Source of the DNA: a virus
Reading direction: 5' to 3' (one strand)
DNA: 64,000 nucleotides
IMG/VR virus record: IMGVR_UViG_3300045256_000294
Coordinates: 72,953 to 136,952 of that record
In this document: positions 39,044-49,114 of the stretch, one piece after another
How positions within the stretch are numbered: position 1 is the stretch's first letter
Layout of the letters: every line of letters starts with the position of its first letter
Made by a program: the position numbers and the translations under genes
The notes under the pieces: generated by a model
What the model was told of the DNA's origin: nothing
Seen by the model: the letters and a program-made list of their open reading frames with translations, nothing else
Database searches by the model: none

Positions 39044-42000
39044 ATGTCCACTGACCCATTCAGCGATATCGCATTCCAGCAGGAGATCGGACAGCCGACC
39101 TTCGCTGAACTCATCTATACAAAAGTGCGAGAGGGCAAATCGTTCCCGCCCTCCACGGCAACCGTGGAAAACTCGGTCAACCGGCTCGCCTTCGGCAAGC
39201 CGGGGCCGTACCGCGATATCGATGCCCAGACCCCGCCGAAGATCGTCACTACCCCACCGAACCCAACGCGGCGGCAATACAACTTGTCCGGGACTACTAC
39301 GCCCCAGACGGCCCAAGCCCTCAAAGCCCAGAAGATCCAGGCTGACTTCCGCAAGTTAGTCACCAACCCCGGCACGGACGACCAGATTAAAAATCTGATC
39401 CGCAAGCAGTCGGGCGACCCGGTCCTCAACGCCCCATTTGACACCGTATACGACATCGTCAACCTTGGTGCTCCAATCGGGCTGCCGGTCCCATACGCCG
39501 GTTTGGTCTTCTCCGCCAACGATCCCAACGTCATCTGGGCGGGCGGTAGCGGCAACAACCCCATCGCCGGTGGCCTGTATGCCGTGCCCGTGACACGCGG
39601 CTCGGACGGCCACATCACTGCTGTCGGGTCAGCTACCAGGATCATCGACGCTCCCAACATTGATGGCGGTGTGGCTTACCACCCCTCTGGTGTTCTGTTT
39701 GTGTGTGGTTGGCCCAGCAACACCCTACACCAGTACAAGCCGGGATCGACGGCACCAGACAAAACCACCAATTTGAGCTCTCTCGGTGTCCAGAGTTCGG
39801 TAGGCAGCATCGGCTTCGTACCAATCGGTTATCCCGGTGCCGGAAATTGTTACATCGTGACTTGGCCTGCGGGCGCGACCTACCGGCTCGATCTGACTCC
39901 CGACGGTAACGGATTGTTCAACGTGGGACCGGCTGCGGCGATGACGGACCAGGTTCCTGGTGGCCCGGAAGGATTCGTCTACGTACCTTTGGGTTCGGCG
40001 CTGTTCCCGAACCCCAGCATGATGGTAACGGAATATTCAAGAGGGCAAGTGTCGGCTTATGAGCTTGGCACTGCCGGACAGCCAGACATCTCCACTCGGC
40101 GGATCTTTCTGACCGGTCTGGCTAACGCTGAAGGGGCGGCGGTTGACCCGCTCACCGGCGACTACGTGTTCTCGACATTCGGCGGTTCCAACCTATTCTT
40201 CCTGATCCGTGGTGGATTCGTCCCGCCGAACCCCGGCACACCGCCGGCATGCAACAAAGTCGTGAACTCGACCTTCGATAATGATATCGCTAGCTGGACC
40301 CCAAGTTCTGGGGCAGTGTTCTGGGAATCTGTTAGAGGACGGCTACGGATCAACGCTCAGAACGCCTACGCCACGCAGATCATCACCGGGCTGACACCGG
40401 GTGCACAGTACACCATCAACTTCAAGGCATTCTTCAGCGGTAACGGAGTCGGCACTGTCGGCTATTCGACGGTTGGTACCGGCCAGTATCTGTTCAGTGG
40501 GAATAACGGGGAACTGAAGAGCTTCACTATCGAAGGCGGCTTTGTGCCAGCCAATGGCCAAGTCCAGATCGATTTGGTCAACAACGGGTTGAACACCATC
40601 GATTTCGATGACGTGTTCCTTTGTCTCGTTGACCCCACCGGCGACGACGGCACCACCAACCCGCCATGCAACAAGATCGCCAATGGCTTTTTCGACACTG
40701 GCGTCCAGGGTTGGACCGCTGCCGGACCCAGCGATACTTTCCTATGGGACGGAGCAAATAGGCGGATGACCATCCTCAACGGACTTACTTACACCGCCAT
40801 CACAGGACTGACTCCCGGCAAGAAGCTGAATATCTCGCTCAAGGTATACTGGCTCAGAATCCCAAGTGCACCACCTGGTTTCAGTCTGCCTCCAGATACC
40901 GTTACCTGGGAAGTAGAAACGCAGGTGCGGGCTGATATCGTCAACGGCCCGCAATTGGCAGCCAAGACCGTCTCTGGCACGCAGAATAGCAATCAGAGTG
41001 TAGTCTATGACGTCCAGGTCACGGTGCCCCCAAGTGGTATCATCTACTTCTGGGTCTGGAACAAGAACTACAGCGAACAGGTCCCCAATAGCCCCAATGT
41101 CCAGATGTTCTTGTCCCCAATCCAGGTGGACAACATCATTATCTGCGAAGTTGAAGACACCGAGGGGGCTTGCACTGACCCGATCACCGGAGTACGGACC
41201 CTAGTCCAGTGGAACGGCATCCCCAGGCAGCCACTCAACGTCTTCAACATATTGTTGCGGTTGGTCTATCGGAACATTAACGATCCATTCTCCAAGATCA
41301 CTAGTGAAGTTCTTGCCGTCGCCGATGGACGGCTAGGAACCGTCACGCCCGCAAGCTGCTCAACCGGCAACACTGCCGACTTCTGGAAGCAGGACGGCGA
41401 TAACACCGGCCAGCCCCAATCGCTCATCACCGCACAAGGACTTCAGGGGATCACCTCCAGCATCACGGCCGGGCAGTTCGCCAGTGTAGCCGACCGCGAG
41501 AACTTCTTGTGGTCGATCCCCGGCAACACCGGCGGGACCCTGCAGGATGCTCTGGTGTCGCTCTTCGACGACCCGACTCCGCCAGCTAATCACGTGCTGG
41601 AGTCGGTCGAGATCCTAGCTCTGATGCAGGTCCTGAACCAGACCGGCTTATCTGGTGTCTCGGAAATTCTGGATGTGACGGGATCTGCGGCTGTGCCCGG
41701 TGAGCAGTCACTGATCTCGGTGCCACTGATCCCCGGTGGATCGCCGCCAACCGGGGACCCGCAGCTAGACACCAATGGGTTTACCTCGTATTGGCGGTCA
41801 TCGCCAACCCCAATCAGCATCCCAAGTCCACCGGGGCAGCATTACGTCACGCTGGGAGCAATCGACCTACCACTGTCGTTGCCCACAACCCAGCCACCAT
41901 ATGCCAACTTCTCGGTGCCGGCTAGTAGCCTCTGGCTCCGGCACTATTACGCCACTAATACCAATAACACTGCATTCCTGCAGGCGTCACTCTTCGTCAA

Positions 42001-44761
42001 TGGCAACCTGATCGGCAGCAGCAATGTGCAACTACCTGCTGGTATCCCGCCAAACGATGAGAGCTTTGAGGCCACCAACGGCAATATCTTCGGTGCACTG
42101 CCGACTGTGGCCGCTCCGATCACCAGCATCGTGATGCGGTTCCGGGTCATTGTGAGCATCTCAGACGAGTCGGGTGGCATCCCCAGAATTGATCTCGCTA
42201 TCCGGCAACTGGCCCTGGTCAGCATTGGTAGTCTCACTGGTGACTCGACCTGTCCCGGCCCATTCCAAATCAGCCCCGATCCCGGCTTTAGTCTGGATCT
42301 GGTGTTGCGGTACGTCAACAACAGCAATCAGGCCCGCGAATTCCGCAAAACCTTCTTGCTGACCGCACTACACCAAGTGAGTGTCGGGTTCCCGACCTCA
42401 CCGAAGTGGGACGCCCAGACCGCAACTGGTGGCGGCATCTTGGGGTCTATAGCCCGCTGGGAATCGGCCAAGTTCGTACTTGATGCCGTGGATGGCAGCG
42501 GGTTGGATCAGTGCACAACCCCGTTGGAGTTCGTGACGACCGGTACCGGCCGGTTCAATTTCAACAAGTTCAGGCTCCGGGGTCGCGGTTCGGCGATCGC
42601 CGCCTGCGATGCCAAGCTCGTGGTGACCGAAATCAACAAAGGCGTGGCCGTCAACGAAATCCAGTCAATCATTCTGCCCAATCCATCGGGTGGACACTGG
42701 GCCTTGACGTTCAATTTCGCTGGCACCACTGCAACCACCACCAACATCCCGTGGGATGCTACCGCAGTACAAGTCCGCAACAAGCTCGAAGCTCTGTCGA
42801 ACATCGGTGCGGGGAATGTCGAGGTCACTGGCAAAGGCACACCGGACGTGCCGTTCAACATCAAGTTCATCGGCACCATGGGCGGTCGTGACCTCCGACC
42901 GCTCGTGGCTGATGGTAGCGGCCTGACAGGGGCTTCCACTGCCTTCGCTATTAAGGTGAGTACCGGTACCCGGAACGAACGGCAAACTATCACCAAGACC
43001 GCCGGGGTGAACTCGGGTCTGCTAGTAACCTTCAGCGGCATCCAATCTCAGCCAATCGCCTTCAACTCATCCCTGAACGAGATGCAGGCGATCTTAGAAG
43101 GGATCTCGACCATCGGGCCGGGCAACGTACTGGTCACCGGGGCCACAACCAATCGGGACGCCGACTACCAAGGCCCCTGGTACGTTGATTTCGTTGGTGC
43201 ACTGGCAGGCCAAAACGTCCCCACTTTCAACGTCCAGACGACCGGCTACTCGGCTTCTACCAACTGGCAGGGCGGAACCGGTATCAACGACGTACAGAAG
43301 ATCATCGTTTCGGCCGTGGCTGGCTCCTTCAAGCTGGTTGTAACCAAGCCTGGGGCGATCCCTGATGTGACTGGCTTCAACGCCCAGACCTCTAGCTTCG
43401 TCGGTGGAGTCAGGATCACTTGGACACCTAATCTTACTCCTGGTTTAAACATCACGATCGATGATTCAGCGGATGGCGTTACCTGGAATCTCAACACCAG
43501 ATCTGTAGGAGCCAGCGTCAGTGAGGTCAACTATACTGCCCTGCCAACGGGTCAGCAGCGGCTCTTCAGGGCTCGGTTCACGGATGGCACGAATTTCTCG
43601 GCGAACTACGCCACCGATGACGCTATTGCTGGAGATGGTTCCACTCCGGCTCCTCCGCCGCCCGCTCCGCCGGCTCCTCCGCCGCCCGCTCCGCCGGCTG
43701 CCGGTAGCAGCACTACTGACCCGATCGACGTAAACGCCGAGGCTCAGCAGATCAAGCAGAAGATTCTGGCGGTAGCTGGTTGGTTGGATGGGAATGATCT
43801 GGTGGTGACCAGACTCCCAGATACCCCAGGTGCACCTGATCTCAACCAGTGGACCATCGAGTTCACTGGCGATTGGGCCAAGCAGAACATCCCACTGGTG
43901 GGCGTCCAAGATGTCAACCTGCGGGGTGCCAGTGTGATCGTCCGCGAAACGTCCAAGGGTTCAGGCTCCGGCGAGCGGCAGAAGATCAATATGTTCAAGG
44001 CGGCGGGTGGCACCTACCGGCTCAAGGTGACCGTTAACGGCGTAACCGGAACCACCGTGCTCATACCGTGGGATGCGTCGGCTGAGAGCGTGCAGTTGGC
44101 TCTCCAGGCCCTACCGCTCTTCCCGTTGCCAGACGACATCAGCGTGAAGGACGCCGAGATCCGTGAGCCGGATGTTGTGAACTCCTTCATTGTGAGCTTC
44201 AACCGTCGTTTCGGTGACGTGCCACTCATCGAGACGGTCAACAATCTGCAGTGCAACCCACTGACTCTGTCGGCAGTTGGCCCACCACCATACGATTACA
44301 AGCTACCGGAATGTGACGAGGAGATCGAGAATCTCTTCTGCTCGCCTGGGGCACTGCTATGCCGCCCTGGGGAAGGTGACCCAGAGGTCCCGGAGGAGAC
44401 CTGCTGCGATCCTATTACCATCCGTGATTCGGCCAATTACTACCGTGAGGTGGTACTGCAGCGTGATCTGTTCGATCCGAATTCGCACACGACATCAGGG
44501 AAAGCTCTGACCATCAAGGATATGGCGGTTCTCAAGGGTCTACGGCCGTCACAATATAACGCTTACCTGCGTGATTTCTATACTGGTATCCTGCGGCCGG
44601 TGGATATGACGACTGCTGTCGATACCAAGATGAGTGTACTCCTGGTCGGTGTGGACATCGACACCAAAGCTACTAGGGAGAGGTTGAGTCGCGAACTAAA
44701 GCGGCGGCCGGGCGTCCTGCCGTCGCGGATGGTCTGGTCCAATCCAGCACTACAGGGGTAA
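39044..44761 (+). CDS. Very large virion/tail adhesin-like protein: beta-propeller, two CBM-like domains, 'NEIQ/NERQ' tail repeats, FN3-like domain and poly-Pro
   Basis: Propeller repeats (IDGGVAYHPSG, PEGFVY, AEGAAVDP); CNKV.NSTFD..W and CNKI.NGFFD..W; repeats of NExQ..GG.F.L..T..IPWDA.A..V...LEALSNIGAGNV; APPPPAPP. Confidence 0.75.
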   Translation: MSTDPFSDIAFQQEIGQPTFAELIYTKVREGKSFPPSTATVENSVNRLAFGKPGPYRDIDAQTPPKIVTTPPNPTRRQYNLSGTTTPQTAQALKAQKIQADFRKLVTNPGTDDQIKNLIRKQSGDPVLNAPFDTVYDIVNLGAPIGLPVPYAGLVFSANDPNVIWAGGSGNNPIAGGLYAVPVTRGSDGHITAVGSATRIIDAPNIDGGVAYHPSGVLFVCGWPSNTLHQYKPGSTAPDKTTNLSSLGVQSSVGSIGFVPIGYPGAGNCYIVTWPAGATYRLDLTPDGNGLFNVGPAAAMTDQVPGGPEGFVYVPLGSALFPNPSMMVTEYSRGQVSAYELGTAGQPDISTRRIFLTGLANAEGAAVDPLTGDYVFSTFGGSNLFFLIRGGFVPPNPGTPPACNKVVNSTFDNDIASWTPSSGAVFWESVRGRLRINAQNAYATQIITGLTPGAQYTINFKAFFSGNGVGTVGYSTVGTGQYLFSGNNGELKSFTIEGGFVPANGQVQIDLVNNGLNTIDFDDVFLCLVDPTGDDGTTNPPCNKIANGFFDTGVQGWTAAGPSDTFLWDGANRRMTILNGLTYTAITGLTPGKKLNISLKVYWLRIPSAPPGFSLPPDTVTWEVETQVRADIVNGPQLAAKTVSGTQNSNQSVVYDVQVTVPPSGIIYFWVWNKNYSEQVPNSPNVQMFLSPIQVDNIIICEVEDTEGACTDPITGVRTLVQWNGIPRQPLNVFNILLRLVYRNINDPFSKITSEVLAVADGRLGTVTPASCSTGNTADFWKQDGDNTGQPQSLITAQGLQGITSSITAGQFASVADRENFLWSIPGNTGGTLQDALVSLFDDPTPPANHVLESVEILALMQVLNQTGLSGVSEILDVTGSAAVPGEQSLISVPLIPGGSPPTGDPQLDTNGFTSYWRSSPTPISIPSPPGQHYVTLGAIDLPLSLPTTQPPYANFSVPASSLWLRHYYATNTNNTAFLQASLFVNGNLIGSSNVQLPAGIPPNDESFEATNGNIFGALPTVAAPITSIVMRFRVIVSISDESGGIPRIDLAIRQLALVSIGSLTGDSTCPGPFQISPDPGFSLDLVLRYVNNSNQAREFRKTFLLTALHQVSVGFPTSPKWDAQTATGGGILGSIARWESAKFVLDAVDGSGLDQCTTPLEFVTTGTGRFNFNKFRLRGRGSAIAACDAKLVVTEINKGVAVNEIQSIILPNPSGGHWALTFNFAGTTATTTNIPWDATAVQVRNKLEALSNIGAGNVEVTGKGTPDVPFNIKFIGTMGGRDLRPLVADGSGLTGASTAFAIKVSTGTRNERQTITKTAGVNSGLLVTFSGIQSQPIAFNSSLNEMQAILEGISTIGPGNVLVTGATTNRDADYQGPWYVDFVGALAGQNVPTFNVQTTGYSASTNWQGGTGINDVQKIIVSAVAGSFKLVVTKPGAIPDVTGFNAQTSSFVGGVRITWTPNLTPGLNITIDDSADGVTWNLNTRSVGASVSEVNYTALPTGQQRLFRARFTDGTNFSANYATDDAIAGDGSTPAPPPPAPPAPPPPAPPAAGSSTTDPIDVNAEAQQIKQKILAVAGWLDGNDLVVTRLPDTPGAPDLNQWTIEFTGDWAKQNIPLVGVQDVNLRGASVIVRETSKGSGSGERQKINMFKAAGGTYRLKVTVNGVTGTTVLIPWDASAESVQLALQALPLFPLPDDISVKDAEIREPDVVNSFIVSFNRRFGDVPLIETVNNLQCNPLTLSAVGPPPYDYKLPECDEEIENLFCSPGALLCRPGEGDPEVPEETCCDPITIRDSANYYREVVLQRDLFDPNSHTTSGKALTIKDMAVLKGLRPSQYNAYLRDFYTGILRPVDMTTAVDTKMSVLLVGVDIDTKATRERLSRELKRRPGVLPSRMVWSNPALQG

Positions 44762-44841
44762 TACAGTGCGACCATAATGGTGTCTGGTATAACGATTCTG
44801 ACCTCGTATCCTGAACAAAATCAGAAACCAGGGGTCTAAAA

Positions 44842-45132
44842 ATGTCAATGTCTGATATCAGAATCCATCGGGACGTCCCTTCGATCGACGGCTTCTTGCA
44901 GGTGCCGCCGAATAAGGAGAGGAACAAGAACAAGGGTCAGCGGATCGATAACACAATCAACCTCACACCGCCGCTGGGGACCATAGTGCGGCTGACCGGC
45001 GGTTCGGGCCGGCAACGTGGGTCCAAGACCGGGGCCCAGGAGTTCTTCCGGCTCGACGGCATCCGTCCGGACCAGTGGTACGGCACAGATGGTGTGGACC
45101 CGATGGATAGCCTGCGTACAGATGAAGATTAA
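44842..45132 (+). CDS. Hypothetical protein
   Basis: 96 codons after an AGGGG RBS. Confidence 0.6.
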   Translation: MSMSDIRIHRDVPSIDGFLQVPPNKERNKNKGQRIDNTINLTPPLGTIVRLTGGSGRQRGSKTGAQEFFRLDGIRPDQWYGTDGVDPMDSLRTDED

Positions 45133-45161
45133 GCCATATTGCGGCTAGATGGTAGAAGCGA

Positions 45162-45191
45162 GTGACCGGCGGCTGCTGCCCCGCCGGTCAC
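45162..45191. terminator. Strong 11-bp hairpin, putative terminator
   Basis: GTGACCGGCGG / CCGCCGGTCAC directly after a stop codon; weak U tract. Confidence 0.5.
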
Positions 45192-45225
45192 CCTTATATA
45201 ACCAACCTCGTGGAGGAGGAAGGTC

Positions 45226-45759
45226 ATGTCTGCTTGTAAGTACGGGGGCTGTTCTATCTGCTGATCGACGCACTTGCGATGAGTGCAAAACCGCAAGGCA
45301 TTAAAACGTAGGAGCTATGCCCGACGCTCCGAGAAAATCCGTGAACACAATCGCACCTACGAACGAGAAGACGGCCACCTATCGGCACAATCTCCGAACG
45401 TACTTTTGCTACGTCATCCAGAATGTCAAGGCGAAAAGAGACAAACACCGCAATCCGAATCGATCGACGAAAGAGTTTGCTGTCGATATCATTTTGTGGT
45501 CGATTTGTGGCATCAACAACGTGGACGGTGTGCGATTACTGGAATGGAAATGCTCCATCGGCCGGACGATTTATGCAGTGCTAGCATTGACAGACGGGAC
45601 AACTCGCGGGGCTATTTTCCGGACAACGTACATCTTGTGTGTCGGTGGGTTAATCTAGCTCGCGGTAAATTCACGTTAGACGAATTCACAAAGGTCTTGG
45701 ATGGACTACGCCATCAATTCACCACTCGACCCGAACAAACCGTTCTGTCTCTATGCTAA
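45226..45759 (+). pseudogene. Decayed HNH endonuclease
   Basis: C-terminal LWHQQRGRCAITG..SIDRRDNSRGY..NVHLVC..VN; the N-terminal part is spread over several frames. Confidence 0.65.
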
Positions 45760-46366
45760 CTGCGAAGTTTTATATGAGGGCCGAGCATCTTCGACTCTTG
45801 AACGTGGCAATTACCTCGTCGTCTACAAGAATGACCGTAGTGTCTCCATCCACGGAGCTACTATCGTCATGCCACGCAACTATATGAGGGCTGGCAGCAA
45901 ACTCCGCGAAGTGGGCAACCAGATCCTTTTCCAAAGGAAGGGCGAGACAGTCTGCATTAAGATCAACCACATTCACTTCCTAAACTACCTCGACGATTGG
46001 TCAGAATCGAAGATCGTGATTTGTCGTACAGAGAAGGAATTAGCCAAGAAGATCTTCGATAACTGGTCTGATCTGTTCGACGACAACTTCGAGATCGTCG
46101 AGATGGAGTTCGGCACCGATCTGGGGCCTATCGATCTAGCTGGTTTCACTCCTACGGCTGACTATATTGTGGAAGTCAAACGGAAGAGGGCTAGTCTTAA
46201 GGACGTAACCCAACTACGTCGCTATGTCGAAGCCATGGAACACCGTGGCCGTCCGTGCCGTGCTTTCCTGGCCGCACCTGAGATTGCGAAGAATGCTATG
46301 AAGTATTTGGAGAAGCATAATCTACAGTTCCTTGAAGTGAATTTCGACGGGCAGCGGGAGGGGTAA
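45701..46366 (+). CDS. nucS: NucS/EndoMS mismatch-specific endonuclease
   Basis: CEVLYEGRASSTL..KNDRSVSIH; EKEL; GPIDL; VEVKR; QLRRY; AAPEI. Confidence 0.85.
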   Translation: MDYAINSPLDPNKPFCLYANCEVLYEGRASSTLERGNYLVVYKNDRSVSIHGATIVMPRNYMRAGSKLREVGNQILFQRKGETVCIKINHIHFLNYLDDWSESKIVICRTEKELAKKIFDNWSDLFDDNFEIVEMEFGTDLGPIDLAGFTPTADYIVEVKRKRASLKDVTQLRRYVEAMEHRGRPCRAFLAAPEIAKNAMKYLEKHNLQFLEVNFDGQREG

Positions 46367-46394
46367 GCCCCTTCACACGTTCTTCTTGAAAGCT

Positions 46395-47654
46395 TCACGA
46401 GGTGCCTCCGCCAGTGGCCAGCTTCGGATTAAGAGCGTAGACGATTTGGAGGACTTTCTGTTGGGCTGCCTGGAGCTTAGTCGCCAGATCCGGTGGAGCT
46501 TTTCCGCTCTTAGAAATGGCCATCAGTTTCTTCCACGTCGCCAGGGACGTTGCCATGTCCTGGTAGGTCAGTCCAGCCACCTGCAGACGGTTATTGATTT
46601 CAGAAGTGAGCCAGTCAGTCATGTACCGTACGGCAAGCTTGGCCGCACGTTCGTTGTAGCTCTTCAACTCCGAATTCTGATTCTGCATCTGGGCGTGGCC
46701 TGGATTGGCGATCGCTGTACGCAGGTTGCTGAAAAAGTCCCTGAACCCTTCTTCCACCGGCCGCTGTTCGAAGCCACGGACGAACCTCTTGAGCCAGTTG
46801 ACTTCCTGGACGGGGGTAGTGCTGGCGTAGCCCAGACGCCGCATCAGGTTCGAGGCGACGAACTTCAAGTTGGACTTGACATCTCCTTCGTTCAGGAGGG
46901 CCACGGCAAGGGCGTTGAAGACGTCTTCCGTGGCCGGGACCGGTGCTGGGGCGGTCCCGCCCTGCTTAGCCGCACGCTGGGCACGGAGAGCGTCTATCTT
47001 GCCCTGCAACTCACGGATGCGGGCCATCGACGCTTCGCGGGCGGCGGCGTTCCTGGTCAGCATGTCCTGGAGTTCGGCCTGATTCCTCTGGACGGCCTGC
47101 CCCTGGGACTGTGGTTGGGCCAGGAGAGCCGGGTCCATCTGTTGAGTACCGGTAGCAGCACCTTGGGCCGGAGTTCCGGGGGCGGCTTGCTGTGCTTGTG
47201 CCGCGGGGCCCTGTCGCGTCTGTTGGTACGCCTGCTGCTGGCCGGGTGGTTGGCCCGCCCCCTGAACCGTTTTAGCCTGGATCTGCTGTTGGACGCTGGG
47301 GTCTTGCAGGTTGAAGATGGTGAACAATTCCTGCCACCAGTTCTGGTCCTGCTGGAGTGGAGTCTGGAGTTGCCCGGCCTTGGTGATAGACTCCTTGACT
47401 TTGGCGATACCACCCTTGTTGTTGGCGACGAACCAAAGCATTGTTTCAAGGTCGGTGGATGGTCCGGGCGTCATGAAGTTCTGTAGCCGGCCGATGGCCG
47501 CGTTGACCATACCGTTGAGTCGGTTGGCCCCAGCCTCAGACAACACGCCGCTGCCCACTACCGATTCAACGAATAGATAGGAGGCTGGCAAAGCCCCAAA
47601 CCGGTGACGGCTCAAGGGATGCCCAGCGTCGTGTACAAGATTGCTGAGTTTCAT
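46395..47654 (-). CDS. Gln/Ala-rich protein, probable virion/internal protein
   Basis: MKLSNLV start; QQQ low-complexity region; AAAGATA motif just upstream. Confidence 0.65.
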   Translation of the reverse strand: MKLSNLVHDAGHPLSRHRFGALPASYLFVESVVGSGVLSEAGANRLNGMVNAAIGRLQNFMTPGPSTDLETMLWFVANNKGGIAKVKESITKAGQLQTPLQQDQNWWQELFTIFNLQDPSVQQQIQAKTVQGAGQPPGQQQAYQQTRQGPAAQAQQAAPGTPAQGAATGTQQMDPALLAQPQSQGQAVQRNQAELQDMLTRNAAAREASMARIRELQGKIDALRAQRAAKQGGTAPAPVPATEDVFNALAVALLNEGDVKSNLKFVASNLMRRLGYASTTPVQEVNWLKRFVRGFEQRPVEEGFRDFFSNLRTAIANPGHAQMQNQNSELKSYNERAAKLAVRYMTDWLTSEINNRLQVAGLTYQDMATSLATWKKLMAISKSGKAPPDLATKLQAAQQKVLQIVYALNPKLATGGGTS

Positions 47655-47674
47655 ACTTCTATCTTTGCGAGATA

Positions 47675-48121
47675 GTGATGCAGATCCCGTTCCTCGTTCT
47701 GAGCTATGGAGACTTCGCTAAGTCCAAAAAGCTGTTCAGCTACGAACGGGACGGCGTACACACCCTACCCATCTTCACTGATGCTTCTCGTGCTATCAAA
47801 TTTGCGGAATCGATGACACAGACTCTCCGCCGGCAATTCAAAGACAAGCGGACTTTGAGTACTCAACTCTGTAATGACCCAAAGCGGGCTCTGCAGATGT
47901 TCGAGACAATTACCGCCTACTGCCCAGATCTGATGCGGGTGATTATAGATCCACATCCGCCGGTCCGAGACGATGAAGCTCTCACCGACCTGGAGAATCT
48001 CTCCTGGGTCGAGAATTTCCAGGATATCGATGACGTCCTGGAACAACTTCAGGATTGGGTGTCTGCCGACAAGGAGGCAGACTCTATCACAAAAGGCGAG
48101 CCGGAATCGAACGGCACGTAG
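47675..48121 (+). CDS. Hypothetical protein (LPIFTD motif, SseB-like)
   Basis: TLPIFTD..VIIDP. Confidence 0.55.
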   Translation: MMQIPFLVLSYGDFAKSKKLFSYERDGVHTLPIFTDASRAIKFAESMTQTLRRQFKDKRTLSTQLCNDPKRALQMFETITAYCPDLMRVIIDPHPPVRDDEALTDLENLSWVENFQDIDDVLEQLQDWVSADKEADSITKGEPESNGT

Positions 48122-48225
48122 CCTTCCGTCTCCTCGTAGTAAACCGGGGCTTTCTTTACCGGCTTGGCAGTCGGGGCTGGGGCCTCGTCTGTCGGGGGAT
48201 CATCTAGTGGGATCTCTTCTTCCAT
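48049..48225 (-). CDS. Small acidic 58-aa protein
   Basis: GAGGAGG RBS and AAAGATA motif upstream; MEEEIPLDDPPTDEAPAP... Confidence 0.55.
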   Translation of the reverse strand: MEEEIPLDDPPTDEAPAPTAKPVKKAPVYYEETEGYVPFDSGSPFVIESASLSADTQS

Positions 48226-48356
48226 TGGGAACCTCCTCGCATTATCTTTCGAGGGCGGTGGTGTGGGTTACCTAATGACTGCTCGTGGGATAAATAGCTA
48301 CGGCGACTACCAGTCATACCTATTGGTCCGCCGCAAGCCCTCCACGCTACGCTACT

Positions 48357-48758
48357 ATGTCGGAGAAGTTCATGCCTATTAACAACAAGGCGGTATCCTC
48401 CTGGGTCCGCCAAGCTCGCTACAGGGCCAAAAGGTATTCAATCCACAGCGACCTGGATGTCAGCGATGTGCAGGCGATCCTGAAAGCGTCCGACGGGGCT
48501 TGCCGATATTGTGGAAAGGAGGGCCAGACATTGGACTGCCCTTTTCCACTGAAAACCGGTGGTCCGAACGTCCCCGCCAACGTGGTCCCCTGCTGCAAGA
48601 AGTGCAAGTCCGCAAAGAACAACAACGATGTAGTGTGGATGTTCTCGTCTGGCCTCCTGACCGAGGTCCAGTACATGGCCATACTACAGGAATTGTTTCA
48701 ACGTCGTGGGGGTGATAAAATCAAGGAGCACGTCCGCCGGGCGACTGGCATGGAGTGA
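48357..48758 (+). CDS. HNH-like protein, probably nuclease-dead
   Basis: CRYCG..TLDCPFPLKTGG..NVVPCCKKCK; DH changed to DC and CN changed to CK. Confidence 0.65.
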   Translation: MSEKFMPINNKAVSSWVRQARYRAKRYSIHSDLDVSDVQAILKASDGACRYCGKEGQTLDCPFPLKTGGPNVPANVVPCCKKCKSAKNNNDVVWMFSSGLLTEVQYMAILQELFQRRGGDKIKEHVRRATGME

Positions 48759-49012
48759 TTATGGCGAAGGCCCCATACCCTGGATATAGTCCAACATTTC
48801 AGGCGGTGGACAAGACCGGCGGGTACGACCGCACCTGCATTGTAGTAGAATTGTTGTCGGACGGGCGGCTGGATGCCACCCAGCTTGCCTATGTCCAGGA
48901 GCAGTTAGAGGTGACTCTGGCTAGGGTACTCCCATCTGTCATCGAGAAGTCTCAAGTAATTACGCCCGACCGTTTCGACCCGATGCTCCGTGAAGGTCTG
49001 CGTGTTTCTTGA
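48755..49012 (+). CDS. Hypothetical protein
   Basis: Overlapping operon gene. Confidence 0.6.
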   Translation: MIMAKAPYPGYSPTFQAVDKTGGYDRTCIVVELLSDGRLDATQLAYVQEQLEVTLARVLPSVIEKSQVITPDRFDPMLREGLRVS

Positions 49013-49114
49013 GAAAGTGAGAGTGTTCGAGAGCTCTTCACAAGTATTTAAATGCTCGGCGGATTCCATTCTGGAGTTTACCGAAGCCTGTCGCTGTGCC
49101 ACACAGGGGGTAGC

